The notes: generated from the letters alone by a model not told the origin. DNA of 64,000 bases from Gemmatimonadota bacterium (GCA_040389905.1 JAZJZK010000025.1:38051-102050); one strand, 5' to 3'. Shown: positions 9,701-20,446, counted from the stretch's first letter. Program-made: numbers and translations.

Positions 9701-9733
9701 TTGTTACCGCGTTCTGGTGTGGTCCTGTCTAGC

Positions 9734-11464
9734 TTAGCTCGCCGCCAACTTCTTCAGCGCCTCGAGATTCGCTTTCGCCGCCGCGCTCGGGATCGCCCCG
9801 TTCGCCGCGGCTTTCACGAGCTGGTCGTCGCGATGATAGAGGTCATTGCCGAAGAACAATTGCCCATCCTGCACGAAGGCAGTGCCGTACGTGATGTAGA
9901 CCGGCAGCTTCTTCGGCAGCCGTACGCTGCGATTGTCCGTTCCATTGCGCATGGCGGCATCGACCTGCGCCGCATCCCAACCCAGTACCCATTGCGCGAG
10001 CTCGTCCGGCTTCTCGAGACGAATGCAGCCATGGCTGAACGCGCGAACGTCCTTGTCGAAGAGGTCGTGGTTCGGCGTATCGTGTAGATAGATGTTGAAG
10101 TCGTTCGGAAAGAGAAACTTGACGAAGCCGAGCGCGTTCTTGCCGCCCGGACGCTGCCGGATGCGCGTGACGCCGCCGTCCTTGTAGTACTCCATGTTCT
10201 CGCGATCGAGGTACGTGGGATCGGATGCCACCTTCGGCTCGATTTCCTTGCGCTGAATGTCCGGCGTGATGTTCCAGTACGGGCGGAACACGACTGTTTC
10301 CATGGAGTCGCTGAACACCGGCGTCGCGCGATCCTCGTATTCCTGACCGACGATGACCTTCATCTCGAGGGCCTTCTCGCCGCTGTCATAGGCGGTCAGC
10401 CGAAATGCCGGTACGTTCACGAACAGGTAGCGCTCACCCAGCCAGCGCGGCATCCAGCGGCTGCGCTCGAGATTCGCGGCGATCTGTCCCAGGCGGTATG
10501 CGGCGGGCACATTCAGCGAGTTGACCGTTTCGGGACTCAGTGTCTTGTCGACGGTAATGCCGTGATGCGACTGGAACTGCCCGATCGCCTCCGCAAGATT
10601 GGCGTCGTACAAACCCGCCCCCTTTCCGGAGTCGGGTGCGGCCACTTCAATGCCCTCCGCCGCAAGTCGTTCACGTAGCGCCGAGAGACGCGCAGGCGAG
10701 TCGGACTGTCCCGACCGAAGGGTCTTACCCTTTGGCACCAGTGGCCAGTCACCCTTTTCCACGATGGCACGGAAACGTGTCAGCTCCTTCTGCAGCTCGG
10801 CGTAGTCGTCATCGAGTGGACGCATTGCGGCGATGCCCGCTTCCAGCGTATCGCTCATTGAATTGACGAGCGCGCTGTCGACGTCGTCTTCCCGCGGATC
10901 GATGTGCCATGACTGTGCGACGCTTTTCGGCGAGATCTGTCCTGCCAGGAGATCTTCACCCATCGAGGCAAAGGTCGCCGAGAGCAAGACGTCTGTCTCC
11001 GCGATCTGCTCGGCAGTCGGCGTCTTGGTGCTCTTGATCGCAAAGAGCGCAGCGGCGAGCTCGGCAATGGGGTACGCGTCGACGCGTAGTCCGTCGTCAC
11101 TGATGCCGAGCACGGCATTCGTGAGGGCGGTGACGCGATCCTTGGCAAGCCCATCACTCGTAAACCAGAGTGGCGTTTCGCCAAGCCGCGTATAGAGCGC
11201 GCGGGTATGACGCCAATCGTCATCGGTGATACTCTGGGGAGGCTTTCCCGCCAGCCGGCTGGCGAGTGCCGTCTTGAGTGAGGCAATCGGAACGCCGTTG
11301 ACCTCGGTCAGCGTCGCTGGAGCCCAGACCGCGGCATGGCGGTACCGAAGCGCGACCCGTCGCGGTTTCGCGGAGCCTTCCTTCACACATCCCACCATCA
11401 CGGCGGTTGTTACGAGGAGCAGGGCGGTGCGGCGTGCTAGCGCCGTCGTCGCACGAGGTATCAT
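9734..11464 (-). CDS. Murein L,D-transpeptidase (YcbB/LdtD-like) with scaffold and PG-binding domains
   Basis: NLERSRW, VNVPAF, PYWNITP, NALGFVKFLFPN, IYLHDTP, SHGCIRL; probable lipobox MVGC. Confidence 0.93.
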   Translation of the reverse strand: MIPRATTALARRTALLLVTTAVMVGCVKEGSAKPRRVALRYRHAAVWAPATLTEVNGVPIASLKTALASRLAGKPPQSITDDDWRHTRALYTRLGETPLWFTSDGLAKDRVTALTNAVLGISDDGLRVDAYPIAELAAALFAIKSTKTPTAEQIAETDVLLSATFASMGEDLLAGQISPKSVAQSWHIDPREDDVDSALVNSMSDTLEAGIAAMRPLDDDYAELQKELTRFRAIVEKGDWPLVPKGKTLRSGQSDSPARLSALRERLAAEGIEVAAPDSGKGAGLYDANLAEAIGQFQSHHGITVDKTLSPETVNSLNVPAAYRLGQIAANLERSRWMPRWLGERYLFVNVPAFRLTAYDSGEKALEMKVIVGQEYEDRATPVFSDSMETVVFRPYWNITPDIQRKEIEPKVASDPTYLDRENMEYYKDGGVTRIRQRPGGKNALGFVKFLFPNDFNIYLHDTPNHDLFDKDVRAFSHGCIRLEKPDELAQWVLGWDAAQVDAAMRNGTDNRSVRLPKKLPVYITYGTAFVQDGQLFFGNDLYHRDDQLVKAAANGAIPSAAAKANLEALKKLAAS

Positions 11465-11617
11465 TATCCTGTGTTCGTGAGTGAGAACGGTTTCTGGCGA
11501 TCATGACGTAAGGCGAGAGTCGGGCCATTGAGGCGAGCTCGTCGGAAGACTGGCCGTGCAGCCCCAATTCCCTCAATTTGTGCCCGTGATTCTGAAGACC
11601 GTTTGCCAGTTCCGCTC

Positions 11618-13573
11618 GTGACCAGTCGATCAGCCGTTCAGTGGCGCTGGACACGCTGGTCGCTCGCTCGACAATTGCCGCTGCTCACTGCGGCGATCGT
11701 CGTGGTCGTCATGTCATTGACGTTGACGCTGACGTACCGCGCGTTGCTGCGCGCCAAGTCGGATGCGCTCCACACTCGGCTGCAGGGGCTGCTCAGGCCG
11801 CTCGTGCAGGCGGGAGAGACCAGCTCGCGCGCACGGATCGCCGTTCTGGCCAAGGTGGCGTCCGATACGGCCGTCGATCGCGCGCTGCGGACATTTGCCG
11901 CGACGAAAACGCCGGTTGCCGACTCGGGGCTGTATCGCGCGCTGGCGCAGCTCGTTGTCGCCACCGACTCTGGCCTCCCGATCGAGCTATGGACGGCCGA
12001 CGGCAAGCGAGTGGCGCAAATAGGAAAGGGTCTTCAAGTCGATTCGATTGCCACGCTCGCCCCCGAGCTGCGCCCCAGAAATGGCGTAATCGTCAGCCAG
12101 GTGCCCAATGGCCCGCCTGGCCTCGACTCGGCGCGCCTCGGTGCGCTTTACGCGGCCAATGGACGGGTGTACACCTGGGCCGTCGCGCCAGTGTTCCGGA
12201 ACTCGGAGCGCGTCGGCTACATCGCGCAGCAGCGCCGCGTTGCGGTGAACGCGCAGACCAAGCGTCTCATCAGCGACCTGTTTGGCGAAGAGCTGAGCGT
12301 CTACCTCCGGAACTCAACCGACAATTTCTGGTCGTCGCTCGAGGGGACTCCGGCGAACCAGCCGATCCGGCGCGACTCGACGAAGGATGGCTTTATCGTA
12401 TACCGTTCGGAGGCGGCGCCACGCCTTGGCGTCGAAGGCCGCATCGCGGGCGCGCCGTACGAGTGGGTGCTCGAGGTACCGGTGTCTGCCCTCGTGGACG
12501 AGCCGCGCACGACGCTCCGGCAAATCCTGCTGGTCAGCCTGCTTGTGTTGCTCGGCGGGGTGGCCATCGCGTGGGCCGTTGGACGCCGAATCACGCGACC
12601 ACTGGTCGAGTTGACGACGGCGGCCGAAGCGATCGCGCAGGGCCAATACGAGCGGCGCGCGAACACCGCGGGCGCGATGTCGGACGAAGTGCTGCGGCTG
12701 GGCACGAGCTTCAACCGCATGGTGATGGAGGTCGAAGCATCGCAGCACGAACTCGCGTCGCAGGTGGAAGAAGCATTGACGGTATCCGAGGAACTCGAGC
12801 GCACGAATACCCAGCTCCAGGAAACGTCGAGCGACGCGGAGGAGGCACGCGACGCGGCCCTCGAGGCGAACCGCGCGAAGAGTGACTTCCTTGCCGTTAT
12901 GAGTCACGAACTGCGCACGCCACTCAACGCCATCGGTGGCTATACCGAGATCCTCCAGCTGGGGATTTACGGACCGGTCAACGACCAGCAGAAGGATGCG
13001 TTGATGCGCATCGCGCGGAGCCAGCAGACACTACTCGCGCTCATCAACGACGTCCTCAACTTCGCGAAGCTCGAGGCCGGAGAGGTGAGCTATACCATCA
13101 CCGACGTTCCACTCCGCTCGGCGCTCGGACTGCTGGAGGAGCTCATTTCGCCGCAGTTGCATGCGCGCAAGATGACCTACGCCGTGCATCCGCCTGAGCC
13201 CGATCTCATCGTTCGCGCGGATCCGGACAAGCTGCAACAGATCCTCATCAACCTTCTTTCGAACGCGATCAAGTATTCCGCACCGGGAGCGCGGATCGAT
13301 GTCCACAGCGAAGCGCATGGCGACAAGATCCAGATCCACGTGCAGGACACGGGAATCGGCATCGCCCCCGAACGACTGGACAAGATCTTCGATCCATTCA
13401 TTCAGGTGGGTCGCGCCCTGAACCGGCCGCACGAGGGGGTTGGCCTCGGCCTCTCGATCAGCCGAGACCTGGCGACGGCCATGGGTGGCACGCTGTCGGT
13501 GAAGAGCATCGTTGGTCAGGGCAGTACCTTCGTCCTGACGCTCGCACGCGGAAAGGGAACGACGGACGCCTGA
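11618..13573 (+). CDS. Membrane sensor histidine kinase (TM-periplasmic-TM-HAMP-HisKA-HATPase)
   Basis: Two TM helices, HAMP (ITRPLVELTTAAEAIA...DEVLRLGTSFNRM), SHELRTPLN, NAIKY, GVGLGL. Start approximate. Confidence 0.92.
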   Translation: MTSRSAVQWRWTRWSLARQLPLLTAAIVVVVMSLTLTLTYRALLRAKSDALHTRLQGLLRPLVQAGETSSRARIAVLAKVASDTAVDRALRTFAATKTPVADSGLYRALAQLVVATDSGLPIELWTADGKRVAQIGKGLQVDSIATLAPELRPRNGVIVSQVPNGPPGLDSARLGALYAANGRVYTWAVAPVFRNSERVGYIAQQRRVAVNAQTKRLISDLFGEELSVYLRNSTDNFWSSLEGTPANQPIRRDSTKDGFIVYRSEAAPRLGVEGRIAGAPYEWVLEVPVSALVDEPRTTLRQILLVSLLVLLGGVAIAWAVGRRITRPLVELTTAAEAIAQGQYERRANTAGAMSDEVLRLGTSFNRMVMEVEASQHELASQVEEALTVSEELERTNTQLQETSSDAEEARDAALEANRAKSDFLAVMSHELRTPLNAIGGYTEILQLGIYGPVNDQQKDALMRIARSQQTLLALINDVLNFAKLEAGEVSYTITDVPLRSALGLLEELISPQLHARKMTYAVHPPEPDLIVRADPDKLQQILINLLSNAIKYSAPGARIDVHSEAHGDKIQIHVQDTGIGIAPERLDKIFDPFIQVGRALNRPHEGVGLGLSISRDLATAMGGTLSVKSIVGQGSTFVLTLARGKGTTDA

Positions 13574-13616
13574 CGCTGACGCCGCGCTGGCGCGCGTCCT
13601 GCCTTGCACGGCCCAC

Positions 13617-15344
13617 ATGGTCCGCGCGTACACCCTGCTGTCGTTCCTCACCTCGATCCTGATCGCCCAGTCGGTGCCCGCAGCGGCGCAAGGCACGCGT
13701 GACAGCGCGTCCGTGAAGTGCAACGGTGAGATCGTGAGCCGCGTCGAAATGAATCCACTGCCGCCTCCCTTTTCCGGCGCGGCCAGAAAGTGGCGCGCGG
13801 CGGCGCATGCGGTGGGCCTGCACCACGCAACGACGCGCGCCGAGGTCATCGCGGCGTTCGTGTCGCTTGCACCGGGGAAAACGTGCACGGAATTCCGACG
13901 GACGGAGTCGGAGCGCGTCTTGCGCGCACAACCGTTTCTTTCGGATGCGTCGGTTCGCATCGTCCCTGACACCGCCGGCATGGTCACCGTCGTCGTCACC
14001 ACGATCGACGAAGTACCCGTGCTCGTCAGCGGGCGCTTCCGCGGCATCACGCCCGAAGCGGTCTCGTTGGGAAACGAGAATCTCGCAGGCGAGGCGTTGC
14101 TGGTTCAGGGGCGCATCGAGCGTGGCGGCGCGTACCGCACGGCGGTCGGGATGCGCCTCGAAGAGGACGTGGTCATGGGTCACCCGTTCCGCCTTATTCT
14201 CGACGGTGAGCGATTTCAGATCGGTCACCTCTGGAGCGCGGAGCTCGAGCACCCATTTTTCACGGACCTTCAGCGCATCTCGTGGCATACGGGAGTTGCG
14301 ACGCGCAACGACTACATACGGTTCGAACGGCCAGCGCGTGACGCACTCGCGCTTCAGGCCACCGACCGCGTATGGGACGCAAGCGCAATGCTGCGACTCT
14401 TCGGCACCCGAACTGTGACATTGATCGGCGGGGCCATCACGGGGCGCACCTTCGAGCCGGCGTCGTCGGGAATCGTGGTTGGAGACTCGGGCCTCGTCGC
14501 CGACACGGGCTCCACACTGCGCAATCGCTACGCTCGGTACGCAGGTGGACGCGTCGGGGTGATCGGCGGCATTCGTCGCGTGGCGTTCAAGTCGATGCGC
14601 GGATTCGATGCGCTCGTCGGAGCGCAGGACGTCGAGAACGGCGTGCGACTCGGCATCTTCGCAGGCAAGGGAATTCCGCACTTTGGCGAAGCGGATGTCT
14701 TCCTGTCCGGTGCGGTATACGCTGGAGCAGCCCGTGGAAACGCGTTGGTCGCGACGCTCGCACAGCTCGAGGGCCGCCGCGCCGATGCAGGAGGGAGCTG
14801 GGACAACCTTGTCGGGAGTGCGCGAAGCGCGTTGTACTGGGGCAGCGCTCCGGGTGCGGTGTTGGTGGTCAGCGACGAGCTCTCCGGCGGTTCGATGCCG
14901 CGACTCCCGCTCCAACTGTCATTTCACGAGTTGAATGGTGGACTGATCGGATACCGGAGTTCGGCGCTGGCCGGTGCCGTTCGCAACATCGCGCGCGCCG
15001 AGGTGCGGGTGAGTGCGGAGTCGTTCATTCGTCGCGCCGACGTGGGACTCGCCGCTTTCAGCACGGTGGGAACGCTCTGGGCTGGCGATGCGCCGTACGG
15101 CGTCAACGCCACGCGCGCCAGCGTTGGGGTCAGTCTCCTCGCTGCGTATCCGACGCGCTCGAAGCGTCTCTATCGCGCCGACATCGCGATCCCGCTGACG
15201 CGCTCCGGCGCGGGCGCGGGGAGGATCGAAGTTCGGTTTACGAGCGTCGATCGGACGCAAAGCTTCTGGGTGGAGCCGCAAGACGTGTCCCGCGCGCGAA
15301 CGGGGACGGAGCCGAGCCGGTTGTTTGCGTGGCCATCCAAATAG
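13617..15344 (+). CDS. Secreted/outer-membrane protein, possibly Omp85/TamA-like (POTRA plus beta-barrel)
   Basis: Signal peptide; ESERVLRAQPFLSDA...VVVTTID and NENLAG resemble a POTRA-barrel junction; beta-strand-like C-terminal half. Confidence 0.55.
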   Translation: MVRAYTLLSFLTSILIAQSVPAAAQGTRDSASVKCNGEIVSRVEMNPLPPPFSGAARKWRAAAHAVGLHHATTRAEVIAAFVSLAPGKTCTEFRRTESERVLRAQPFLSDASVRIVPDTAGMVTVVVTTIDEVPVLVSGRFRGITPEAVSLGNENLAGEALLVQGRIERGGAYRTAVGMRLEEDVVMGHPFRLILDGERFQIGHLWSAELEHPFFTDLQRISWHTGVATRNDYIRFERPARDALALQATDRVWDASAMLRLFGTRTVTLIGGAITGRTFEPASSGIVVGDSGLVADTGSTLRNRYARYAGGRVGVIGGIRRVAFKSMRGFDALVGAQDVENGVRLGIFAGKGIPHFGEADVFLSGAVYAGAARGNALVATLAQLEGRRADAGGSWDNLVGSARSALYWGSAPGAVLVVSDELSGGSMPRLPLQLSFHELNGGLIGYRSSALAGAVRNIARAEVRVSAESFIRRADVGLAAFSTVGTLWAGDAPYGVNATRASVGVSLLAAYPTRSKRLYRADIAIPLTRSGAGAGRIEVRFTSVDRTQSFWVEPQDVSRARTGTEPSRLFAWPSK

Positions 15345-15378
15345 CAGCTCGAGGGGCCCGCATATTCTACGACACGTG

Positions 15379-15420
15379 GGGTGCAGGCCCGTCGCTTCGC
15401 TCAGGGCGACAAAACGAGCG
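15379..15420. repeat. REP-like element (family A)
   Basis: GGTGCAGGCCCGTCGCTTCGCTCAGGGCGACAAAACGAGCG between convergent genes. Confidence 0.8.
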
Positions 15421-15433
15421 CAGTTGCTCCGAA

Positions 15434-16858
15434 CTACGCTTTCTCGACGGGCAACGAATTCGCCGCCCATTCCCCAAATCCGCCCGTCACGTTGATGACA
15501 TTCGGAAAGCCGCGCGCCTGCAACAGGCTCGCCGCAATCGACGAGCGCCCACCGCCCTGACAGTGGAGGACGATTGGTTTGTCCGACGACAGCTCGGCCA
15601 GATGATCGGTGAGCTGGCCAAGGGGAATATTGGGAACCCCCGGCACGTGCCCCGCATCCCACTCCGAGCGTCCGCGCACATCGATCACCTGGACGTCCCC
15701 ATCCTGCAAGTGATCGGCGAGCGCGTGCACGGTCATCTGGGGAATGGCCTGTGGCTCGCGCCCGGAGGCGATCCACGTGTCGATCGCATCCGAGCCAAAC
15801 CAACTGCCGATCCAGTCCAAACCGATCATCGCGAGATCGTGCACCGCTTCGTCGAGCTCGTACTCATCGCCAAGGCCGAGCAGATGGAATTCGCGGTCGT
15901 ACGGAATCAGTGATCCCGCCCAATTCGTAAAGCTCTTGTTGAGCGGGATGTTGATCGTGCCTGGCACGTGTGCGGCGGCGAACGCAGCGGCGGGGCGCGT
16001 ATCGACGATCAGCGCTCCCGTGCGCAGCAACCCGGCAAAGATTTCCGCGGACCCGGCGAGTGGCAGGCGAAATGCGCCGAGGATCGCCGGACCGTCGCGA
16101 TTGATCCGCTTCATCTCGGCGAAATACTTCGGCGGCTCCGGCTGTCCTGCCAAAACGGTCCGAACGAACTCCTCCTCGTCCGTTGTGATCAGCGCCCAGT
16201 TTGCGATCCGCTCGTAGCCCAGCGTCGTCGAGGGAACGGCGCCGAGTGCCTTACCGCACGCTGACCCGGCGCCGTGGCCAGGCCACAGCTGGAGATAGTC
16301 GGGCAGCTCCTTGAAGCGACGAATACTTGCAAAGAGTGACCGCGCGCTCGTTTCCATCGTTCCGGCGATCTTCGCGGCGCGTTCGAGGAGGTCCGGACGT
16401 CCAACGTCGCCGACGAAGATGAAGTCGCCAGTGAGGACGCCCATGGGACGATCGGTCGCGCGAGTATCCGTGACGATGAAACTCAGGTGCTCGGGCGTAT
16501 GCCCGGGTGTGTGCCGCACGTCGAGCTTGATGTTTCCGATCATCACGACGTCGCCATCGTGGAGCAACTGCGCGCCATCGGATTTCGCAAACGCATAGCG
16601 CCAGTCGTCTCCACCTTCGTCCGAGAGCAGGAGCCGCGCGCCGCAACGCTGTGCGAGTTCACGACTCCCGGAGACGAAGTCGGCGTGGATATGGGTCTCC
16701 GTGACGGACGTGACACGGAGGCCTTCATCCGCGGCAAACCGCAGGTACTGGTCGATATCGCGATTCGCATCGATGACGATCGCATCGCCGGTTGCCTGAC
16801 AGCCGAGCAGATAGCTGGCCTGCGCGAGTTTGGCGTCGTAGAAGCGCTTGAGAAGCAT
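15434..16858 (-). CDS. MBL-fold persulfide dioxygenase-like protein fused to two rhodanese domains (CstB-like)
   Basis: THIHADFVSG, TPGHTPEH, GDFIFVGDVGRPDL, PGHGAGSACG; C-terminal rhodanese active site HCQGGGRS. Confidence 0.9.
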   Translation of the reverse strand: MLLKRFYDAKLAQASYLLGCQATGDAIVIDANRDIDQYLRFAADEGLRVTSVTETHIHADFVSGSRELAQRCGARLLLSDEGGDDWRYAFAKSDGAQLLHDGDVVMIGNIKLDVRHTPGHTPEHLSFIVTDTRATDRPMGVLTGDFIFVGDVGRPDLLERAAKIAGTMETSARSLFASIRRFKELPDYLQLWPGHGAGSACGKALGAVPSTTLGYERIANWALITTDEEEFVRTVLAGQPEPPKYFAEMKRINRDGPAILGAFRLPLAGSAEIFAGLLRTGALIVDTRPAAAFAAAHVPGTINIPLNKSFTNWAGSLIPYDREFHLLGLGDEYELDEAVHDLAMIGLDWIGSWFGSDAIDTWIASGREPQAIPQMTVHALADHLQDGDVQVIDVRGRSEWDAGHVPGVPNIPLGQLTDHLAELSSDKPIVLHCQGGGRSSIAASLLQARGFPNVINVTGGFGEWAANSLPVEKA

Positions 16859-16896
16859 TCGGGGCGGGAAAGGAAGAAATGAATCTTATCGCCCGA

Positions 16897-17838
16897 TCAG
16901 TCCCGCGACGAGCGCCCCGACCGAATCACATGCATGGACAGCAGCTCCCGCCTGTGGTAGTGGCCCGTGACATCGAGCGTCATGCGCTCTTCACGCACGA
17001 TGTCGAGGTCGAGGTCGGCCACGAGGATTATCCCTTCATCGTAAATGGGACCGGCGAGATACGACCCGTCCGGAGCGATGATGGCGCTACCACCCCGCAT
17101 GACCAAGGGCCACTCGCTCGTCTTCTTCGACGGATGCGCTTCGAGCTCTGGTGGAAGATCGTCGGACAGCATGAGTGAACCGGCGGCCAGCACGTAGCAT
17201 CTCCCTTCGAATGCGTAGTGGCGGCTGGCCACCTGATGCATCTCGTGCGCGGTCGGCCACAGCGCCACATGGATGTCTTCGCCGTCGTCGTGCAGGGCTT
17301 GCCGGGCCAGTGGCATCCAGTGCTCCCAGCAGACGAGCGCGCCGACCCTCGCACCCTCGACGTTCACGGCGCGGAGCCCATCGGCATCGCCATGTCCCCA
17401 GACCAATCGCTCCGTATAGGTGGGTATCAGCTTGCGATGATGATTGAGCAGCTGCCCGTCGGAGCCGAAGGTCAGGATGCTGTTGTAGAGCGTCCCGCGG
17501 CCCACACCCTCGTCTACCCGTTCGCTCACACCCATCACGAGCGTGACGCGGTTCTCGACCGCGATCGACGCCAGAGTTCGCGTCGCGTCGCTCGGAACGG
17601 CAACGCTCTCCGCCGCGAGCCGTCCGTATACCTGTTTCACCGGGGCATGGTCCCAGAGCGCCACGTCACGACAGACGTCAAGCCAGGCGGGATAGCCGGG
17701 CAACCATGCTTCCGGGAATACCACGAGCTTCGCCCCTTCCGCAGCCGCTTGGGCCGTGCGCGCCGCCGCGACGGCGAGTCCGTCTGCGAGATTCGTCGGT
17801 ACACGGGCCTGGACGACCGCAACACAAAGATCAGTCAT
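16897..17838 (-). CDS. Nitrilase (carbon-nitrogen hydrolase family)
   Basis: Glu-Lys-Cys triad in FPEAWLPGYP, HHRKLIPTYTER, LVCWEHWMP; C-terminal LDVTGHY. Start re-picked at ATG 17838. Confidence 0.93.
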   Translation of the reverse strand: MTDLCVAVVQARVPTNLADGLAVAAARTAQAAAEGAKLVVFPEAWLPGYPAWLDVCRDVALWDHAPVKQVYGRLAAESVAVPSDATRTLASIAVENRVTLVMGVSERVDEGVGRGTLYNSILTFGSDGQLLNHHRKLIPTYTERLVWGHGDADGLRAVNVEGARVGALVCWEHWMPLARQALHDDGEDIHVALWPTAHEMHQVASRHYAFEGRCYVLAAGSLMLSDDLPPELEAHPSKKTSEWPLVMRGGSAIIAPDGSYLAGPIYDEGIILVADLDLDIVREERMTLDVTGHYHRRELLSMHVIRSGRSSRD

Positions 17839-18002
17839 TCGACAATCTTCGAACGGAACGCGGACGGGGACAAGCCGTTGCGCCAATTCGCACCGTGATG
17901 CCGGCTGGATATCAGCTCGAACCGCGTGCCCATTCCAGGCACGGCTCGCAGGGTCTGCACCTTCTGTTGTCCGCAACGGCCACGGTGCTGTGCAAGAGCT
18001 AT

Positions 18003-18085
18003 TTACCGCAGAGGTCGCAGAGGGACGCAGAGGACTGCGCTGTTCACGTAGTCCTTTGCGTACCTCTGCGACCTTTGCGGTTCAA
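18003..18085. repeat. Palindrome of CGCAGAGG units (family B)
   Basis: TTACCGCAGAGGTCGCAGAGGGACGCAGAGG...CCTTTGCGTACCTCTGCGACCTTTGCGGTTCAA. Confidence 0.8.
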
Positions 18086-18114
18086 TTGATGTTGTTTCAG
18101 TTCAGCGCGTGCTG

Positions 18115-18624
18115 CTACTGGACCAGCGCTTTCGGAGGATCGTTGCGAACGAAGAGCAGACTCCGGCGAACACCGCCGACGGTGCCCTGCACGACGTTCA
18201 CCTGATCGTCGAACACCTCTGCGAGCATTCCGTTGCGAACCATCACGGATATCAAACCGTTCGGAACGGCGGCCTCGATGCATATCCACAGCAACCCATC
18301 GCTCCGCCTTACTCCGCACGCAGTCAACGGCACCGTGTGCCCGCGTGCATCCGAGACCGAAAAGCTACGAGCGACGTAGGTCACCTCGCGCACATCCAGT
18401 GTCCCGGCAGCCACGCCGACGGGCGCACGCGGGAATGATCGCCGCACCGCCGCGTTGAAATCGTCCGCGAACACGCGAATCGTCGCCCGGACCACGCCGC
18501 GTGAGCGAACCTCGGTGAGTTCCGTGAAGGTCGTATGCAGCGAATGCGCCCCGAGCGTCGTTGCCGACGAGAACCATACGATCGACACCAGGCAGCACGC
18601 GACAACACGGCGGCAAACCGTCAT
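18115..18624 (-). CDS. Secreted hypothetical protein (DUF6702-like) with His-x-x-His at the predicted mature N-terminus
   Basis: ATGA overlap with the HupE stop; signal peptide, then AHSLHTTFTEL...IRVFADDF...EVFDDQVNVV. Confidence 0.65.
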   Translation of the reverse strand: MTVCRRVVACCLVSIVWFSSATTLGAHSLHTTFTELTEVRSRGVVRATIRVFADDFNAAVRRSFPRAPVGVAAGTLDVREVTYVARSFSVSDARGHTVPLTACGVRRSDGLLWICIEAAVPNGLISVMVRNGMLAEVFDDQVNVVQGTVGGVRRSLLFVRNDPPKALVQ

Positions 18625-19232
18625 GGCGCCCACGGAACTCTCTGGATTGCCCAGATCGACCCCATGATCACGACGAGCGACGATACCGCCACAACGCGCG
18701 CCCGCATCGGATGCCACACTGCCCCACGCATGGGCAAACGTGAGATCCCGCGATCGACGGCGCCGAACACCACGGCGATGGCACCGAGCACCAGAAGCTG
18801 CCCGAGTTCGATGCCGACATTGAACCCGAACAGCGGCGTCGCGAGGTGATCGACGAAGAGCGCCTGGAGATACGCCGCGAAGCCAGCGCCGTGGACCAAC
18901 CCGAACACGCCGGCAAAGACCGGACGGTATCGTCCCCTCAGCGGAGCATGCTCCCGGTCGCGTACCAGAAGATTTTCTACCCCCGTCGCGACGATCGTCA
19001 CTGGAATGAGGAACTCGATCACGTTCGACGGAAGCGCCAGGAGTCCCGTGACGGCGAACGCGAGGGTCACCGAGTGCCCGACCGTAAACGCCGTGATCAC
19101 CCAGAGCACCCTCCGGACGTCGTCACGGCGATAGATCGCCGCGAGGGCGACCAGAAACAGAATGTGGTCCATCGCGCCGATGTCCACGATGTGCCGAAAA
19201 CCGATCTGGACGAACGTCAGGAACTCGCTCAT
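18621..19232 (-). CDS. HupE/UreJ-family membrane protein
   Basis: GFRHI...DHILFL, AFTVGHSVTL, FGLVHGAGFA, FNVGIELGQ; ATGA coupling at 19232. Confidence 0.9.
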   Translation of the reverse strand: MSEFLTFVQIGFRHIVDIGAMDHILFLVALAAIYRRDDVRRVLWVITAFTVGHSVTLAFAVTGLLALPSNVIEFLIPVTIVATGVENLLVRDREHAPLRGRYRPVFAGVFGLVHGAGFAAYLQALFVDHLATPLFGFNVGIELGQLLVLGAIAVVFGAVDRGISRLPMRGAVWHPMRARVVAVSSLVVIMGSIWAIQRVPWAP

Positions 19233-20446
19233 CTGGTAGCCATTCCAGTCGTGAGTGAGCGCTCGATCTCTGCGGCATGAAAGTCGAGTTGTGCGTCCTT
19301 CGTGCCCTGCGCGAGTGCGACGGTCATCGCCTCCTTCGCCTCGCGATCGCGCCCTTGTCTGTGCAACGCCCACGCGAGGAGATCGTACGCGTACACATCC
19401 TTCCGCGTCTTCAACTCCGCGCGCACCTTGCTCAGCACTCGTGCGACGTGCTCCTCGCGATCGAGCAGAAAGAGGCTCCACGCGCGATGGTATGCCCCCG
19501 GCTGCTGAAGCACCGCGACGTCGAGCGCCCGCGCGTACTCTTCGCTCCTGCCCGTGTCGCCGATGGCCGCATACGCCGTACTGAGAACACCGAGCGTCGT
19601 CGGGTCGAGGGTGATACCGATTGCCTTTTCCCCAAACGTGATGGCACGACGCCAGTTCTGCTGCAGTTCCGCACTACGGGCCACTGCAGACAGCAGCCGA
19701 TAGTCATCGGGATGGGCGGCGAGGCCAGCGCGGTACGCCGAATCGGCGGCCGCGTACTTCTGCGCGCGGAGTTCCACATCGCCAACACGCAGCCAGAACC
19801 AAGCGACTTGCTCGCGAGGAACTTCCGGCGAACGCAGAACCGTCGTGAGTGCGGCGTGTAGCAGTGTTCGCGCCCGCTCTGTATTCCCCTGAATCTCCGC
19901 CCACCGGGCGAGCCTTGGCGCAACGGCGGGATCGCCAAGCGCCGCATGGATGCCGGCGAACGACTCGCGTGCGGCGTCATATTGACCCAATTCCATCTCG
20001 ATGTCGCCGACGACTGCACGAAGGGCTGGGTTGGTTGGATCTTCGTCACGTTGCCCTTTCGCAAGCGGCAGTGCCTCGGTGAAGCGGTGCTGAGCGAGCA
20101 GTGCGCTCACGAGCACCTGCACCGCCGCGTCGTTCCGTTCTCGCCTGTTGCGCAACGAGCGTCGTGCGGATTCCTCGGCGAGAATCGCGTCACGTGGGTT
20201 TCCAGTCTCGCGACCGCGTGCGAGATAGAGCGCGCTCAATCGTGCCAGGTCGAGAGCGCCTGTAGGATCACGACGGGCGCGCTCCGAGAAGTACGCGATA
20301 TCGAGTTCACGAATCTCCGCCTCCGATTTCTCGAGTGCCGGTTGTTGTGGCAAGGCGACGACAGGGACCGGCTGCCCGCCACAAGCGATGAAGCAGCCAG
20401 TGGCGGCAATCCAGTGAGCGACTCGAATGCCCGATGCGGTGCGCAT
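19229..20446 (-). CDS. Tetratricopeptide-repeat lipoprotein
   Basis: Lipobox-like FIAC; repeated TPR-like helices (VGDIEMELGQYDAA, VGDVELRAQKYAAA, YDLLAWALHRQG). Confidence 0.8.
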   Translation of the reverse strand: MRTASGIRVAHWIAATGCFIACGGQPVPVVALPQQPALEKSEAEIRELDIAYFSERARRDPTGALDLARLSALYLARGRETGNPRDAILAEESARRSLRNRRERNDAAVQVLVSALLAQHRFTEALPLAKGQRDEDPTNPALRAVVGDIEMELGQYDAARESFAGIHAALGDPAVAPRLARWAEIQGNTERARTLLHAALTTVLRSPEVPREQVAWFWLRVGDVELRAQKYAAADSAYRAGLAAHPDDYRLLSAVARSAELQQNWRRAITFGEKAIGITLDPTTLGVLSTAYAAIGDTGRSEEYARALDVAVLQQPGAYHRAWSLFLLDREEHVARVLSKVRAELKTRKDVYAYDLLAWALHRQGRDREAKEAMTVALAQGTKDAQLDFHAAEIERSLTTGMATR

